From a virus: a stretch of DNA of 64,000 nucleotides. The notes beneath the pieces are model-generated. The model did no database searches and was not told where the DNA came from. It saw only the letters and a list, made by a program, of their open reading frames with translations. A program made the position numbers and the translations under genes. Of this stretch, positions 45,770 to 55,611 are shown in pieces. The stretch lies in the IMG/VR virus record IMGVR_UViG_3300037549_000096; one strand, written 5' to 3'. Position 1 is the first letter of the stretch. Each line of letters starts with the position of its first letter.

Positions 45770-45973
45770 TTAAGACCTAGTAAACACAGGACCAGGAAGT
45801 AAAGGTGAAATGAAAGTTTTCTTACACGTAGGACAAATGTAAGGAACTTGTGGCGGGTTAGAAGTAACATTAAATGGACCAGATTGTTGTAATTCTGTAT
45901 TAATACATGTATCACAGTAACAAATATTCATTGATACAGTAACAGGAATACTTTTGATTACGGGTGCTGACAT
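45770..45973 (-). CDS. Zn-ribbon small protein
   Basis: GGAGG RBS; CDTC..CPTC. Confidence 0.6.
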   Translation of the reverse strand: MSAPVIKSIPVTVSMNICYCDTCINTELQQSGPFNVTSNPPQVPYICPTCKKTFISPLLPGPVFTRS

Positions 45974-46177
45974 TTAATCCTCCAAATAAGAATCGTGAAT
46001 TTCCCAAGCCTCAAAAACAAGATAGTCATTATCTTGTTTGGCTTCTGTAAAATTTCTACAACCTCGATTAACGTCTAAAGTAGGAAAACGTTGACGAGCT
46101 TCTACTATATTTTCAAATTCAAATTCACCATTTCTAGTGATAACTCTAACCTTGGTTAGAGTCTCTCTAAAAGACAT
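45974..46177 (-). CDS. Hypothetical protein
   Basis: AGGAG RBS. Confidence 0.55.
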   Translation of the reverse strand: MSFRETLTKVRVITRNGEFEFENIVEARQRFPTLDVNRGCRNFTEAKQDNDYLVFEAWEIHDSYLED

Positions 46178-46178
46178 T

Positions 46179-46775
46179 TTATTCTTCTCCTAATTCTTTA
46201 ACTTCTAAAATTACACTACCGGGATGAGCTAATTTAGTTAATATTTTAGCATGTTCTATATTTTGTGCTTCACATAAAAATTGTTCCTTTAACCCTTCAC
46301 TTCCCCATGTAAAATTAACCGCATAAGGAAATGTTTTATGAGGATCTTGCACTTCTTCTTGTTCTGCAAAACTTTCAACCATTAAAGCTTCATTAAGATA
46401 TTCTTCCATCATATGACGCATAACTGTTAAGAATGTTTGAAATCCAGTTTCTTTTTCTTCTACAAATACTTCTTCGATATCAACAGGTTCATTAAATCCA
46501 TCACCAGTTGTTTTTAATATAAGAATTTCGTGTCTAAAACCTTTACGTTTCATTGTTCCAGGCATAATAATAGTTGCAACATCATATTCATGATTAAATT
46601 TAATGATTCTAAACCAACCAAAATCAATACCACAAATTGCTAATTCACCATAACCTTCGATATCTATTGATTTAATAGTTAACCAACGAAGAGTTTCAGG
46701 TATATCTAAAATCTTAATATATTTTTTAAATTCTTTCTCTAATGGATTAATTGATTGTGTGTGAAGTTCGCTCAT
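46179..46775 (-). CDS. Hypothetical protein
   Basis: 198 aa, AAGG RBS. Confidence 0.6.
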   Translation of the reverse strand: MSELHTQSINPLEKEFKKYIKILDIPETLRWLTIKSIDIEGYGELAICGIDFGWFRIIKFNHEYDVATIIMPGTMKRKGFRHEILILKTTGDGFNEPVDIEEVFVEEKETGFQTFLTVMRHMMEEYLNEALMVESFAEQEEVQDPHKTFPYAVNFTWGSEGLKEQFLCEAQNIEHAKILTKLAHPGSVILEVKELGEE

Positions 46776-46782
46776 GTTAACC

Positions 46783-47097
46783 TTAAAAATAAAGATTTAT
46801 GTTATTTTTTAAACTGTTAGTTATTTTATTAAAAATTTGATCTTTAATTTCTGTTAATCGCTTAGGATTATTTTTTAAAAAATCAACAATAGTAGGTAGG
46901 TCAATATTATTACTTCTATTATAGTAAATTTGATATTTTAATTTTTCACGAAACTTTTTTTGTTTTCCTTCTTTTTGATATCTATTAAAATTAACTAATT
47001 TAATCTCTAATTCTTCATTAATATAAAATTCGTATTCATCTTTAATAATTTTATCATCTAATTTAGTTTCAAATTCACATATAACTTTCATTTGCAA
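46783..47097 (-). CDS. Hypothetical protein
   Basis: Tiles the operon. Confidence 0.5.
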   Translation of the reverse strand: MQMKVICEFETKLDDKIIKDEYEFYINEELEIKLVNFNRYQKEGKQKKFREKLKYQIYYNRSNNIDLPTIVDFLKNNPKRLTEIKDQIFNKITNSLKNNINLYF

Positions 47098-47288
47098 CTC
47101 GTAAAATGTAAACCTGCGATATAAGTAGGAGATTGACCTACTTTTTTAATAGGTTTATCACTAATATAAGTAAGAAGCGCATTGCATTTATTACAAAAAA
47201 CAATACCTTCTCTAAATCTATGACCCGGAATATGATTGTTAGATTTAGCTATTTCGATAGCTTGTTTGTGTTCTTGTAGAAGATCCAT
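47088..47288 (-). CDS. Hypothetical protein
   Basis: AAGGAG RBS supplied by the 3' end of the HNH gene. Confidence 0.55.
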   Translation of the reverse strand: MDLLQEHKQAIEIAKSNNHIPGHRFREGIVFCNKCNALLTYISDKPIKKVGQSPTYIAGLHFTSCK

Positions 47289-48374
47289 TTATTTCTCCTT
47301 ATTTTTGAGGTAATTATCCAACCAGGGTTCAATTTTAGTTTTAACAATTTCGTTATATTCATCAAGTAAATTTTGAGGAATAATACGATTGTTTGCTATT
47401 GATTGAAGTTCTTTTTGAATATCGGGGTCAACATGAAAAGTTGAATAATTATGAGCTTTTTTATGACATTTATTACATAATGTAATTAAATTTTTAACAT
47501 CATAAACTAGTTTTAAAGATTCTTTATTATTATAATTGGTTTTAGAAACCATTTGAATATGATGAACTTCAAAATTTTCATTTTTAACATTACATTTTTT
47601 GCATATAAAATTATCTAATTTTAAAATTAGAAATTTAATCGGATTTACTAAAGATGCTCTAATTAATAAAGACTCTATCGTAGCATACTGTTCTTCTTTT
47701 AAACCTTTACTTATTCGTTGTTTAATATGATATTTTTTGAGTCTTTTAATAGCGTTTTTACGTTTTAAACATCCACAAGAGGTTGTTGTTCCGTTGAATA
47801 TATTACTGGCTTGAGCTATAAATTCAACTTGTGGATCATGATATGGACATAAACAAACCCAATTATCATTACATGAATCATTTTCAATATTTAATGGTTC
47901 TATAATTAAAACTTTAGTTTTAGAATTTAAATAATTATAATAATTATATTTTCTTTTATTTATTCCGGTTTGTTTCATAGATTTTAAAAAATTACACTTA
48001 CATGATGTAGTTTTACCTTTTAAAGCATTAACTGAAGTTTCAAATATTTTTCCACAATGACATTTTATCTTCCATTGATCATTACATGTTATATGATTTT
48101 GATTAATTGGTTCTAGAATAGTGCAGTTATGAAATATCTGTCCTATCCAGTTTATTTTTCTAGCTTCTTGTATTTTTGTTAAATGTTTTTCTAGTATACA
48201 ACTACATGATTTAGTTTGTCCTGATTTTAAATCCGCTGCTCTACTTTCAAAATAATTACCACAATGACATTTAATTAACCATAAGCTTTGACCTGTAACG
48301 CAATTCTCATCAACTGGTTCAAGTATCTTACAGTTGTTGAAAACTTGTCCTTTCCAGTTGATGAGTTTTGGCAT
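47289..48374 (-). CDS. HNH homing endonuclease
   Basis: Three Cys-rich repeats (CHCG/CLCP..SCxC); CKKC..EVHHI..NLITLCNKCHKKAH. Confidence 0.85.
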   Translation of the reverse strand: MPKLINWKGQVFNNCKILEPVDENCVTGQSLWLIKCHCGNYFESRAADLKSGQTKSCSCILEKHLTKIQEARKINWIGQIFHNCTILEPINQNHITCNDQWKIKCHCGKIFETSVNALKGKTTSCKCNFLKSMKQTGINKRKYNYYNYLNSKTKVLIIEPLNIENDSCNDNWVCLCPYHDPQVEFIAQASNIFNGTTTSCGCLKRKNAIKRLKKYHIKQRISKGLKEEQYATIESLLIRASLVNPIKFLILKLDNFICKKCNVKNENFEVHHIQMVSKTNYNNKESLKLVYDVKNLITLCNKCHKKAHNYSTFHVDPDIQKELQSIANNRIIPQNLLDEYNEIVKTKIEPWLDNYLKNKEK

Positions 48375-48377
48375 ATT
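48303..48377. repeat. 75-bp dispersed repeat with internal inverted repeat (other copy at 57953-58027)
   Basis: 72/75 identity; contains CTCATCAACTGG...CCAGTTGATGAG. Confidence 0.9.
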
Positions 48378-49651
48378 TAATCTCCAGAAAGTCGAAACTT
48401 TACAGCATTAGGATGTCTATATGACACATTATCTTTTGTCATTCCTTGATGTTTTATTTCTAGTCTTTGATCAATAAACTTGTGCTGGTGAGTCCAGATA
48501 TATTCAAGTTCTGCATCTGTAATATTACCAGTAGCACAATCAAATTCTCGATCTTCATCATCTATACAATTAAAAGAACCCAATACATCATCTTGTGTTT
48601 TTGATTCTTTCAAACCTACTACAGTTACTTCTTTATCAAGCCAAGGTTTATGTTTTAAAGTAAATGGTGATCTTTTTGACCCTGAAGATGGAAGATAAAC
48701 ATGATCTAATGTTTTAGCAACAATTCCTTCATATCCTTGTGAAAGAAAGTGTTCATAATAATTATCTACAGTATTTAACCAATCTTGTTCATTAGTAAAA
48801 CTACCAATATTTATACTTTCTACTAATCTTACTGATAATTGATCCTTAGACGATAGAGATTCAACAAATCCCTTGACTCTACTATAACATGTCTCATAAG
48901 TATCAGTATGTTTTTCTGATTCCCATTGTAAAATATCATAAATACCAAATAGAGTATAGATAGCTTCTTTACATTGTTTACCATTTTTACGTCTAATCGC
49001 GCCAGTAGCTTCAAGCGAATCTTTATATTCCACTTCTCCATCAAAAACAACGTTTCCTTGATATTTATTAAGAATATCAACTATATGTTGTAATGCGGTA
49101 TTTTCATGACCTCCCCTTGATAATAATTTTGTTAAATTATGTTTAATACCTATAATTCTATTTCCGTCAATTTTAGGCTGTAAAAACCAAGCCTTATTGA
49201 ATGAAATTTTACCTTTAGCTTTTTTAAGTGCTAGACAAAGATGAACTTTAAATTGTGGAACGAAAAAATGTTCACTTCTCTTATTTAAATCAGTTAACCC
49301 AATGCCTATCCTTGGATTACTTTGGAGTATGTCACAAAACATACTAAACTGATAATCGTTTAAACGATTACCAAAATTGCAGCAAGCATTAATAGCTGCA
49401 TTTCCTGTTAAAGTTCTATTTGCAAGTTTTTCTAAAAGTGATTCTAATTCTTCATTAGATGGAGTTTCTAAAGTAGAATCGTAAAGTCTAAGTTCTGGTA
49501 AGCGTACTACAGAAACCAAAAAAGTAACCATCGGATCAAAGATCATTTTAAGAATCCGACCGCAACCATTAGTAACGCAGTTATCGATTAACATTGCTTT
49601 ATCTGTTTTGGTTGGTGCGTCAGCAATGTCATATAGGTCGTCGATGATCAT
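48377..49651 (-). CDS. lig: ATP-dependent DNA ligase
   Basis: QPKIDGNR (motif I), FDGEV, EGIVAK, LKHKP, C-terminal OB-fold RHP. Confidence 0.9.
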   Translation of the reverse strand: MIIDDLYDIADAPTKTDKAMLIDNCVTNGCGRILKMIFDPMVTFLVSVVRLPELRLYDSTLETPSNEELESLLEKLANRTLTGNAAINACCNFGNRLNDYQFSMFCDILQSNPRIGIGLTDLNKRSEHFFVPQFKVHLCLALKKAKGKISFNKAWFLQPKIDGNRIIGIKHNLTKLLSRGGHENTALQHIVDILNKYQGNVVFDGEVEYKDSLEATGAIRRKNGKQCKEAIYTLFGIYDILQWESEKHTDTYETCYSRVKGFVESLSSKDQLSVRLVESINIGSFTNEQDWLNTVDNYYEHFLSQGYEGIVAKTLDHVYLPSSGSKRSPFTLKHKPWLDKEVTVVGLKESKTQDDVLGSFNCIDDEDREFDCATGNITDAELEYIWTHQHKFIDQRLEIKHQGMTKDNVSYRHPNAVKFRLSGD

Positions 49652-49932
49652 GGTCTTTCCTTTAAATATTTTTCAAACATTAATTGTGTCCAAGCTAAAG
49701 AAGATTTTAATGTTCCTTTTGTAAAAACAGTATGACGAATTTTATCAGTTCCACGTTCATTGAAAAATACATCAGATTTTAAATCATGAATATATTTAAC
49801 ATGATATTTACCGCGAAATGAAGTATCTTGATAAAATCCATTATCAATAAGAATTTTTTGATTACCTACTGGTAAATGTAGAAAATCTGATAATAAATTT
49901 TTACTTTCTATTTTATGTTTTATTCTGGTCAT
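49648..49932 (-). CDS. Hypothetical protein
   Basis: GAGG RBS before MTRIKH. Confidence 0.5.
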   Translation of the reverse strand: MTRIKHKIESKNLLSDFLHLPVGNQKILIDNGFYQDTSFRGKYHVKYIHDLKSDVFFNERGTDKIRHTVFTKGTLKSSLAWTQLMFEKYLKERP

Positions 49933-50030
49933 TTTTAACCTCTTTTTTATCAGAAGTAGCCAAAACATGTTCCGCAGTTTTAGCAATAATTTCAGACCAA
50001 CGTTTAATTTCAACAACTACCTTTTCAAAC

Positions 50031-50315
50031 TTAATTTTCTTCATGTTTAGACCTTTCAGCTACTCTATTATAAACTGATAAACTACTAGTAGAAAATCCA
50101 CAATCAACAAATTTATTAGGAAAATTTTCTTGAAGAAATGCTTCAAATCTTGTTCTTAAATCTTGTGATTCATCCCAGTTGTTAAAAGCGAATTCATCAT
50201 TATTACCTAATCCATTAAAATAACCTAGATTAGTATTGTATGAATCAATGTCTGTATTTGATCTAAATTCATTACAAAAAGCATCGTATTGATTTAAAAA
50301 TTCTGGACTAAACAT
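50031..50315 (-). CDS. Hypothetical protein
   Basis: TAATG coupling. Confidence 0.55.
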   Translation of the reverse strand: MFSPEFLNQYDAFCNEFRSNTDIDSYNTNLGYFNGLGNNDEFAFNNWDESQDLRTRFEAFLQENFPNKFVDCGFSTSSLSVYNRVAERSKHEEN

Positions 50316-50527
50316 TAATCTCTCCCATATTTGCAGACTGTTTTTTCGATTGCGTTAAGAACCATTTCACTACCAATTGTATTCATCATAGCTTTATCTA
50401 AAGCTTCACTAACATCGAAATTAAGACCAAAATCTTCAACTCTAATCCATACTACAGTTTTACCAACTCTAATTGGTTGTGAATCCTTGGACTCACATTT
50501 ATGAGAAGCATATAAAGCGATAGCCAT
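50315..50527 (-). CDS. Hypothetical protein
   Basis: TAATG coupling. Confidence 0.55.
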   Translation of the reverse strand: MAIALYASHKCESKDSQPIRVGKTVVWIRVEDFGLNFDVSEALDKAMMNTIGSEMVLNAIEKTVCKYGRD

Positions 50528-50718
50528 TAATCACCTACTTTAAATACAACTTTTAAAGTTGTGCCATTAGGAAATTCAACCAAAGAACCTTCTTCTAATG
50601 TTTTTTCTATTTCATCTAAAGCATCATAGGTTGGTAATGATATTTTTTGATAATTGTCTGTATGGATTCCTCGTGTTTGTAATTGTGCAACTAATATTTG
50701 ACCTAACATTATTGGCAT
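50527..50718 (-). CDS. Hypothetical protein
   Basis: TAATG coupling, AAGGAG. Confidence 0.55.
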   Translation of the reverse strand: MPIMLGQILVAQLQTRGIHTDNYQKISLPTYDALDEIEKTLEEGSLVEFPNGTTLKVVFKVGD

Positions 50719-51123
50719 TAAATCTCCTTTTGTATAACCGTATCTTTAATTCTTTTAAGTTCTTCTAATTCACTTGTTTTAATAATAGAATATCCAGGTA
50801 CATGTAATTTAGATATGTTCATTACAGGTTTACAAGCAGACCATGATTCTGGACTTGTTAATAATTCTTCTGGAATACCTAATATTTCTGCAAATTTTTG
50901 AGTTTGATTTAATTCTTTCATAGCCTTATTAGTTATATCTTCAGCCCAAGCCATGGCTTTACTTGGGTCTTTATCAGAAGCTTTTGAGGCTTCTTTAAAA
51001 TCTTCAATAACTTGTTCTTTAGTTCCAAATGGATAACAAGTCACGTTCCAAAGAAGTTCCATTAATTCTTCATCTGTATTATTAGGAAAACATTCTTTAG
51101 CGATTTGCAAGATATCTTTCATT
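50718..51123 (-). CDS. Hypothetical protein
   Basis: Likely start MKDILQ after AGGA. Confidence 0.55.
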
Positions 51124-51426
51124 TTATAATCCTGTAAAAGTAATTTCACAACGTTGTTCTTTTTCATCAATTTTAAAAATAAATCTATATTCTTGTTTAC
51201 GAATTTTGATAATTCTAGACCAATTAAAGGAATGTTTTGATTTATCTAATTGTGTAAATTTTAAAAATTTTTTATAAAACTTTAATTCAATTTCATCATA
51301 TTTAGACCATAAAAGCCAATAATTATTCCAAATAGGATTAATACTACCAAGTTGATCAGATAAACTAATTAATTTATTACAATCATCCCAATAATTAACG
51401 TACGGAGAATGGTTCATAAGGAGCAC
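51124..51426 (-). CDS. Hypothetical protein
   Basis: Tiles the operon. Confidence 0.45.
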   Translation of the reverse strand: MLLMNHSPYVNYWDDCNKLISLSDQLGSINPIWNNYWLLWSKYDEIELKFYKKFLKFTQLDKSKHSFNWSRIIKIRKQEYRFIFKIDEKEQRCEITFTGL

Positions 51427-51793
51427 CCTTTTCTATCCACCAAAATGCACCACCTTCGTTCTTTTCATGAAGTAATCTTGCGTTTACTTTGTGAGTAGGT
51501 TTGTGATGTTTTGTATTTTTATTTACTGAATAGGTTTTACCTTTTAAAAGATAAACAAATTCAAGATCACGTTCCATCATTTCATTCCATAAAACCATAT
51601 TAATTTGTGAAAGAGTAGCGCGTCTAGATTGAGCAAATAGATTAGGTAAATCCTTCATTGTTTCTAGAATTCTTCGTTGTAACCAAAATTTATCATATCC
51701 ACAATATCGTGCAGTTCTGTAAGCACTACGTAATCGCTCGATAGCTTTTGTTTCTGTATTGATCGCCGCCTTTAAGGATTGCGCCATGTTCAA
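51395..51793 (-). CDS. Hypothetical protein
   Basis: AAGGAG RBS; start probably at the nearby MAQSLK. Confidence 0.55.
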   Translation of the reverse strand: MNMAQSLKAAINTETKAIERLRSAYRTARYCGYDKFWLQRRILETMKDLPNLFAQSRRATLSQINMVLWNEMMERDLEFVYLLKGKTYSVNKNTKHHKPTHKVNARLLHEKNEGGAFWWIEKGAPYEPFSVR

Positions 51794-52019
51794 ACTCCTT
51801 TATATATTGATCAATTAAAATTAAAAAAAGTTTAAATTGATCTATATCTTCTTCGATTTTAGTTATATCAAGAATATGATTAATTTCATCTTTCAGTCTG
51901 AAAGCATGAGTAATATTTTGAATCGTTCCTTTATTAGAAGCAAATACATATAATGAACTGCTTCCACCACCATGCCATTCATAAGCTAGATTAACGAATT
52001 GTTTTAAGGCTTCTCCCAT
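51726..52019 (-). CDS. Hypothetical protein
   Basis: GAGG RBS; EWHGGGSSSLY. Confidence 0.55.
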   Translation of the reverse strand: MGEALKQFVNLAYEWHGGGSSSLYVFASNKGTIQNITHAFRLKDEINHILDITKIEEDIDQFKLFLILIDQYIKEFEHGAILKGGDQYRNKSYRAIT

Positions 52020-52192
52020 CCGATTACCTCTTTACAGTTGTTACAAATAACTGCACAGTATTTCATTCCTAATTTTTTACGTAACCAGGATTGAACTTGA
52101 CCACGCATGAATGGTTCGCTTAAGTATTTACGACACTTAGGACAACGTTCAATATGTGTTTCATTTCTTAGTTGATCGCATTCAATCGGCAT
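52004..52192 (-). CDS. Zn-finger small protein
   Basis: CPKC..CAVICNNC. Confidence 0.6.
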   Translation of the reverse strand: MPIECDQLRNETHIERCPKCRKYLSEPFMRGQVQSWLRKKLGMKYCAVICNNCKEVIGWEKP

Positions 52193-52490
52193 TGGAACCC
52201 TCTACTTTAGGCCCGAATATTCTAGAGAAATTAAACACAATATCTTTTGTCTTTTCAAAAGACTTGATAGTATCTTGCATTTCACGAAACATATCTTTGA
52301 TAGCGTTAAAATATTGATATAATGTAGTTACATCAATTTCACTTCCTGGTTCAAGATGTTCTAATCCTTCTGCATCTTTACCATACATATTGTTATATAA
52401 AGTTTTTAATTCATGACTTGATACTTCCATAATATATTTTGTATTAGCATTTCCATACTTTTCTTTTTGCGATATTCCTAATACTTTCAT
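52182..52490 (-). CDS. Hypothetical protein
   Basis: ATGA coupling. Confidence 0.55.
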   Translation of the reverse strand: MKVLGISQKEKYGNANTKYIMEVSSHELKTLYNNMYGKDAEGLEHLEPGSEIDVTTLYQYFNAIKDMFREMQDTIKSFEKTKDIVFNFSRIFGPKVEGSNAD

Positions 52491-53074
52491 TTCTTCCTCG
52501 GAAAGAAGTCTTCAAAGTAGTCATCATGCTTACAATTAATACACGCCTTGGCTTTAATAGGTGAATGATGATGACACCATCTACAAAATTTACGATTGAC
52601 CCTAACGTCATTCTTAATCTCTGCTACATTACGTAACATTACACGTAAGTTGGCCCCTGGATGATTACCGTCTGTAACATTAAATTGATCATTAAATAAA
52701 TACTTAGTATCTACTTCAACCCAGCAACCAGCAGCTTCACCTAATTTTTGACGATAACTAGAAGCTTGTGAAGATCCACCAGTTGTTACAGGTTCATCTA
52801 CAATCTTAATCATCATGCGGTTATCATGTGTACAAGTTAAAGCTACAGCGTCACCACCGATATTAATTTCATTAGGATAAGGTTTAGGGATAACTTGCAC
52901 ATACATTCCACAATACTTACAAGTGGAAGTAAAGAATCGTGGCTTATCGTAATGTGAAGCAGGAACATGTTGAACAAAGTTGCCCATTGTATGACAACGC
53001 TTTGTAGCTGACATTATTGCTTGTTCTTTTAATTTACGAATCTTGGTAGGCATTGTCGTTTGGTCCTTTATCAT
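52487..53074 (-). CDS. Cys-rich hypothetical protein
   Basis: CKYC, CRWC..CINC; start probably at MPTKIR. Confidence 0.6.
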   Translation of the reverse strand: MIKDQTTMPTKIRKLKEQAIMSATKRCHTMGNFVQHVPASHYDKPRFFTSTCKYCGMYVQVIPKPYPNEINIGGDAVALTCTHDNRMMIKIVDEPVTTGGSSQASSYRQKLGEAAGCWVEVDTKYLFNDQFNVTDGNHPGANLRVMLRNVAEIKNDVRVNRKFCRWCHHHSPIKAKACINCKHDDYFEDFFPRKK

Positions 53075-53246
53075 CTAAGACATAATTATCGGGAACAACT
53101 TTCCAATAACGAGAAGAGTTTTCATAAAATCCATTATTAATAACTTGAGCAATTCGTTCTGCATGTTCTTTTGTCATTAATGGTAAGTTTAAAAACTTTT
53201 CCATTGGGTAATCACGACCAAAATTATCAGTTTCCACTATTCGCAT
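53034..53246 (-). CDS. Hypothetical protein
   Basis: MRIVETDNFGRDYP. Confidence 0.55.
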   Translation of the reverse strand: MRIVETDNFGRDYPMEKFLNLPLMTKEHAERIAQVINNGFYENSSRYWKVVPDNYVLDDKGPNDNAYQDS

Positions 53247-53472
53247 AGAATTTCCATTCAGTAGAATTACGATTCCAGTTATTTAGAAGTTCATAAAACT
53301 TTTGAATACAATCAGAAGCCATGAACACTTTTTGATGAAAGGTTTCTTTTGTCTTCATATGTATTATCTTATATTCACACAAATAGCCATTTGTATGTTT
53401 AGCTAGTTCTTCATCATGTGTATATCGAATATCATTTTCTTTAACGTAATCTGGATGAGTTATGTTAGACAT
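53227..53472 (-). CDS. Hypothetical protein
   Basis: AAGG RBS. Confidence 0.5.
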   Translation of the reverse strand: MSNITHPDYVKENDIRYTHDEELAKHTNGYLCEYKIIHMKTKETFHQKVFMASDCIQKFYELLNNWNRNSTEWKFYANSGN

Positions 53473-53698
53473 TTGTTTTAACCTTGATGCCTAAAAATGC
53501 TGCATGATCATTTAAATCAATATCGTTTTCAAAAGGACCATAAGTAGCTACAATTTTTTTAGAAGTAGTGTCAATGTGAAGTAAAAATAAACGTTTTACC
53601 ATACCGCACAGATTAGGATTAGGATGAACAGGATCATGTAATAATCCCCAAACTTTCTTTCCTTCAATTACGCCAATGTATTCATGCTTCTTTGTCAT
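53465..53698 (-). CDS. Hypothetical protein
   Basis: ATGA coupling. Confidence 0.5.
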   Translation of the reverse strand: MTKKHEYIGVIEGKKVWGLLHDPVHPNPNLCGMVKRLFLLHIDTTSKKIVATYGPFENDIDLNDHAAFLGIKVKTNV

Positions 53699-53907
53699 TT
53701 TTGCCCCTTACATTTATTTTGAATAATTGTATTGTTACCAATTTCGTTATCATTAATATCAAGTAACATTTTACATTTTTTACATTGTGATCTATGATAA
53801 TTCGGATTCATTGTAGAATATGGTTTCCAAAATCGTTCCATTTCATGACCCTGTATTTCTGCGGCCAATTTAGCTAATCGTTTAAATTCTCTAATGACGG
53901 TCGGCAT
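53695..53907 (-). CDS. Hypothetical protein; N-terminus resembles 52487..53074
   Basis: MPTVIREFKRLA..GHEM..CKKC versus MPTKIRKLKEQA..CHTM..CKYC. Confidence 0.55.
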   Translation of the reverse strand: MPTVIREFKRLAKLAAEIQGHEMERFWKPYSTMNPNYHRSQCKKCKMLLDINDNEIGNNTIIQNKCKGQK

Positions 53908-54632
53908 AATGGATCATCCTTAATTAAATTGTTAGAAATTTTAGTCATATGTATAATAAAATCTTCATAATTCATTTCTCTTTTCATATAATTACATAAT
54001 GTGCAACAAGTTACACAATTATTTAAAATATACCCTAATGTATTATCTTTACGATCTATTCCATTAAAATATATTTCATTTGTAGAATTATGAAGTTTTA
54101 ATTGACGTTTAGGTTCGTCGCCACAATAAAAACATTTATCTTTACAAAATAATAAAAACTCTTCTTTATTTAGAGTAAATTCTAGATTTTTAGAAGAAGC
54201 GTTTCTTTTATATCCGTCAAATAATTTATTCCAACCTGCTAGATTATTTTCTAATCTATGTCCTTTTCCTATATTTTCAGCAGTTAAGCAACCACAATGA
54301 GTAGTGGATTTTCTTTGTATATTTTTACCTAATGCTTCTTTAGTATTACCACAATCACATTGACATAACCAATATTGTTCTCTAGATGTATTTTTATGTA
54401 ATTTTTTAATCACTACCAAATTACCTGATCTTGAACCAATAAGATTAGTTGTTCTACAGTCTTTACATTGAGTTCTATTACCAGCGTTTAATTGAAATGT
54501 CTCTACCGTTACTTCATTCCCACAATCACATTTACATAGCCATGCTCGTTTACCTTCTTTATTTTCCGCTACACATAAAGCTGTAAGTTTACCAAAACGT
54601 TTATTGGTTAAATCATCAGGTAATCCAGTCAT
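53874..54632 (-). CDS. HNH-type homing endonuclease
   Basis: RFGKLT..WLCKCDCGN-type repeat twice; CFYCG..NGIDRKDN..GY..NCVTCC..CN. Confidence 0.85.
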   Translation of the reverse strand: MTGLPDDLTNKRFGKLTALCVAENKEGKRAWLCKCDCGNEVTVETFQLNAGNRTQCKDCRTTNLIGSRSGNLVVIKKLHKNTSREQYWLCQCDCGNTKEALGKNIQRKSTTHCGCLTAENIGKGHRLENNLAGWNKLFDGYKRNASSKNLEFTLNKEEFLLFCKDKCFYCGDEPKRQLKLHNSTNEIYFNGIDRKDNTLGYILNNCVTCCTLCNYMKREMNYEDFIIHMTKISNNLIKDDPLCRPSLENLND

Positions 54633-54634
54633 TT

Positions 54635-55006
54635 CTACCCCTTATTAATCGTAAGTAAATAGAAAGGTTTATTTAGTCTTTGCATAATTTCTAACATATT
54701 TAAAGTTCCTTTACTGTATCCATCATGAATCAAAATTGCTGCATCTGCATAATCCCCCATATCTCTATTACGTTTAAATCCCGCTGTTCTATCTGTTACT
54801 GTTCTATGATTAATAACTTTTTTCCATTCAGGTATGAATTGTGTAATTGGAATTTTATTACGATATGCCCAATTTTCACCTAATCTATCAATTCCAGGCG
54901 CACCACCTGAAACTTCTTCAGTAATAATGAAACCAGAATGAGTAATGGCTAACTCTACGTGCTTGATATCTGTAATCCCTCTTGAACCCGCGATGATTAC
55001 AATCAT
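54635..55006 (-). CDS. DUF2493/YspA-like SLOG family protein
   Basis: IIAGSR..VSGGAPGID..AGFKRN.DM..DGYSKGT.NM. Confidence 0.85.
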   Translation of the reverse strand: MIVIIAGSRGITDIKHVELAITHSGFIITEEVSGGAPGIDRLGENWAYRNKIPITQFIPEWKKVINHRTVTDRTAGFKRNRDMGDYADAAILIHDGYSKGTLNMLEIMQRLNKPFYLLTINKG

Positions 55007-55224
55007 AGATCCATTGCCTTTATTCTAAATAAATATTTACCAATTGGATAATTTGTTGTATGAGCGATTGTGGTTAATGGTTCAGTAGGACTAGTGGTTA
55101 TAGTTATGTTGTTATTTCCAATTTCAAAAACAATAGCAAAACAAAGATTATTTTTATCATCACAATACAAACATTTTAAATCTCTTTCTATTTCGTCAAT
55201 GTGTAATGGAATTAATAGTTTCAT
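55003..55224 (-). CDS. Hypothetical protein
   Basis: AAGGAGG RBS before MKLLIP. Confidence 0.5.
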   Translation of the reverse strand: MKLLIPLHIDEIERDLKCLYCDDKNNLCFAIVFEIGNNNITITTSPTEPLTTIAHTTNYPIGKYLFRIKAMDL

Positions 55225-55343
55225 ATTGATCCGGCCTCCTTGGAACGTTGCAATCAAATTGTTTAATATGCTCTACCTATTCCATTCCAGCATAAAATGG
55301 ATTGCTCACATTAGTGCTCTATCACGTTGAGACAGTTGTTCGA

Positions 55344-55610
55344 TTAACATGGTAAATCCATACACAAATTCATCCATGCGTCAGGCTTTTGTTCTCTAGC
55401 TTGTTTAACTGCATCATATTTTTCAAACATTTCAATAACACGATTCTTAGATACACCTTTGAAAAATCCAATTTCTTCAGAAGGTTCATCACATAATTTA
55501 TATTGTTCAGAAGTCATATCAAAATATTGAGCAAAATATCCATTACAAGGTGCATCAAAACCAAAGATAATGCAATGATTATCATCAATTACTACTTTAT
55601 TTCGTCCCAT
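55344..55610 (-). CDS. Hypothetical protein
   Basis: AAGGA RBS before MGRNK. Confidence 0.55.
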   Translation of the reverse strand: MGRNKVVIDDNHCIIFGFDAPCNGYFAQYFDMTSEQYKLCDEPSEEIGFFKGVSKNRVIEMFEKYDAVKQAREQKPDAWMNLCMDLPC

Positions 55611-55611
55611 A

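Noticed and set aside
55260-55300. tRNA suggested by a GGTAGAGCA D-loop-like string on the minus strand
   Set aside because: No acceptor stem, anticodon arm or TTCRA T-loop could be built; I found no tRNA in the window by eye
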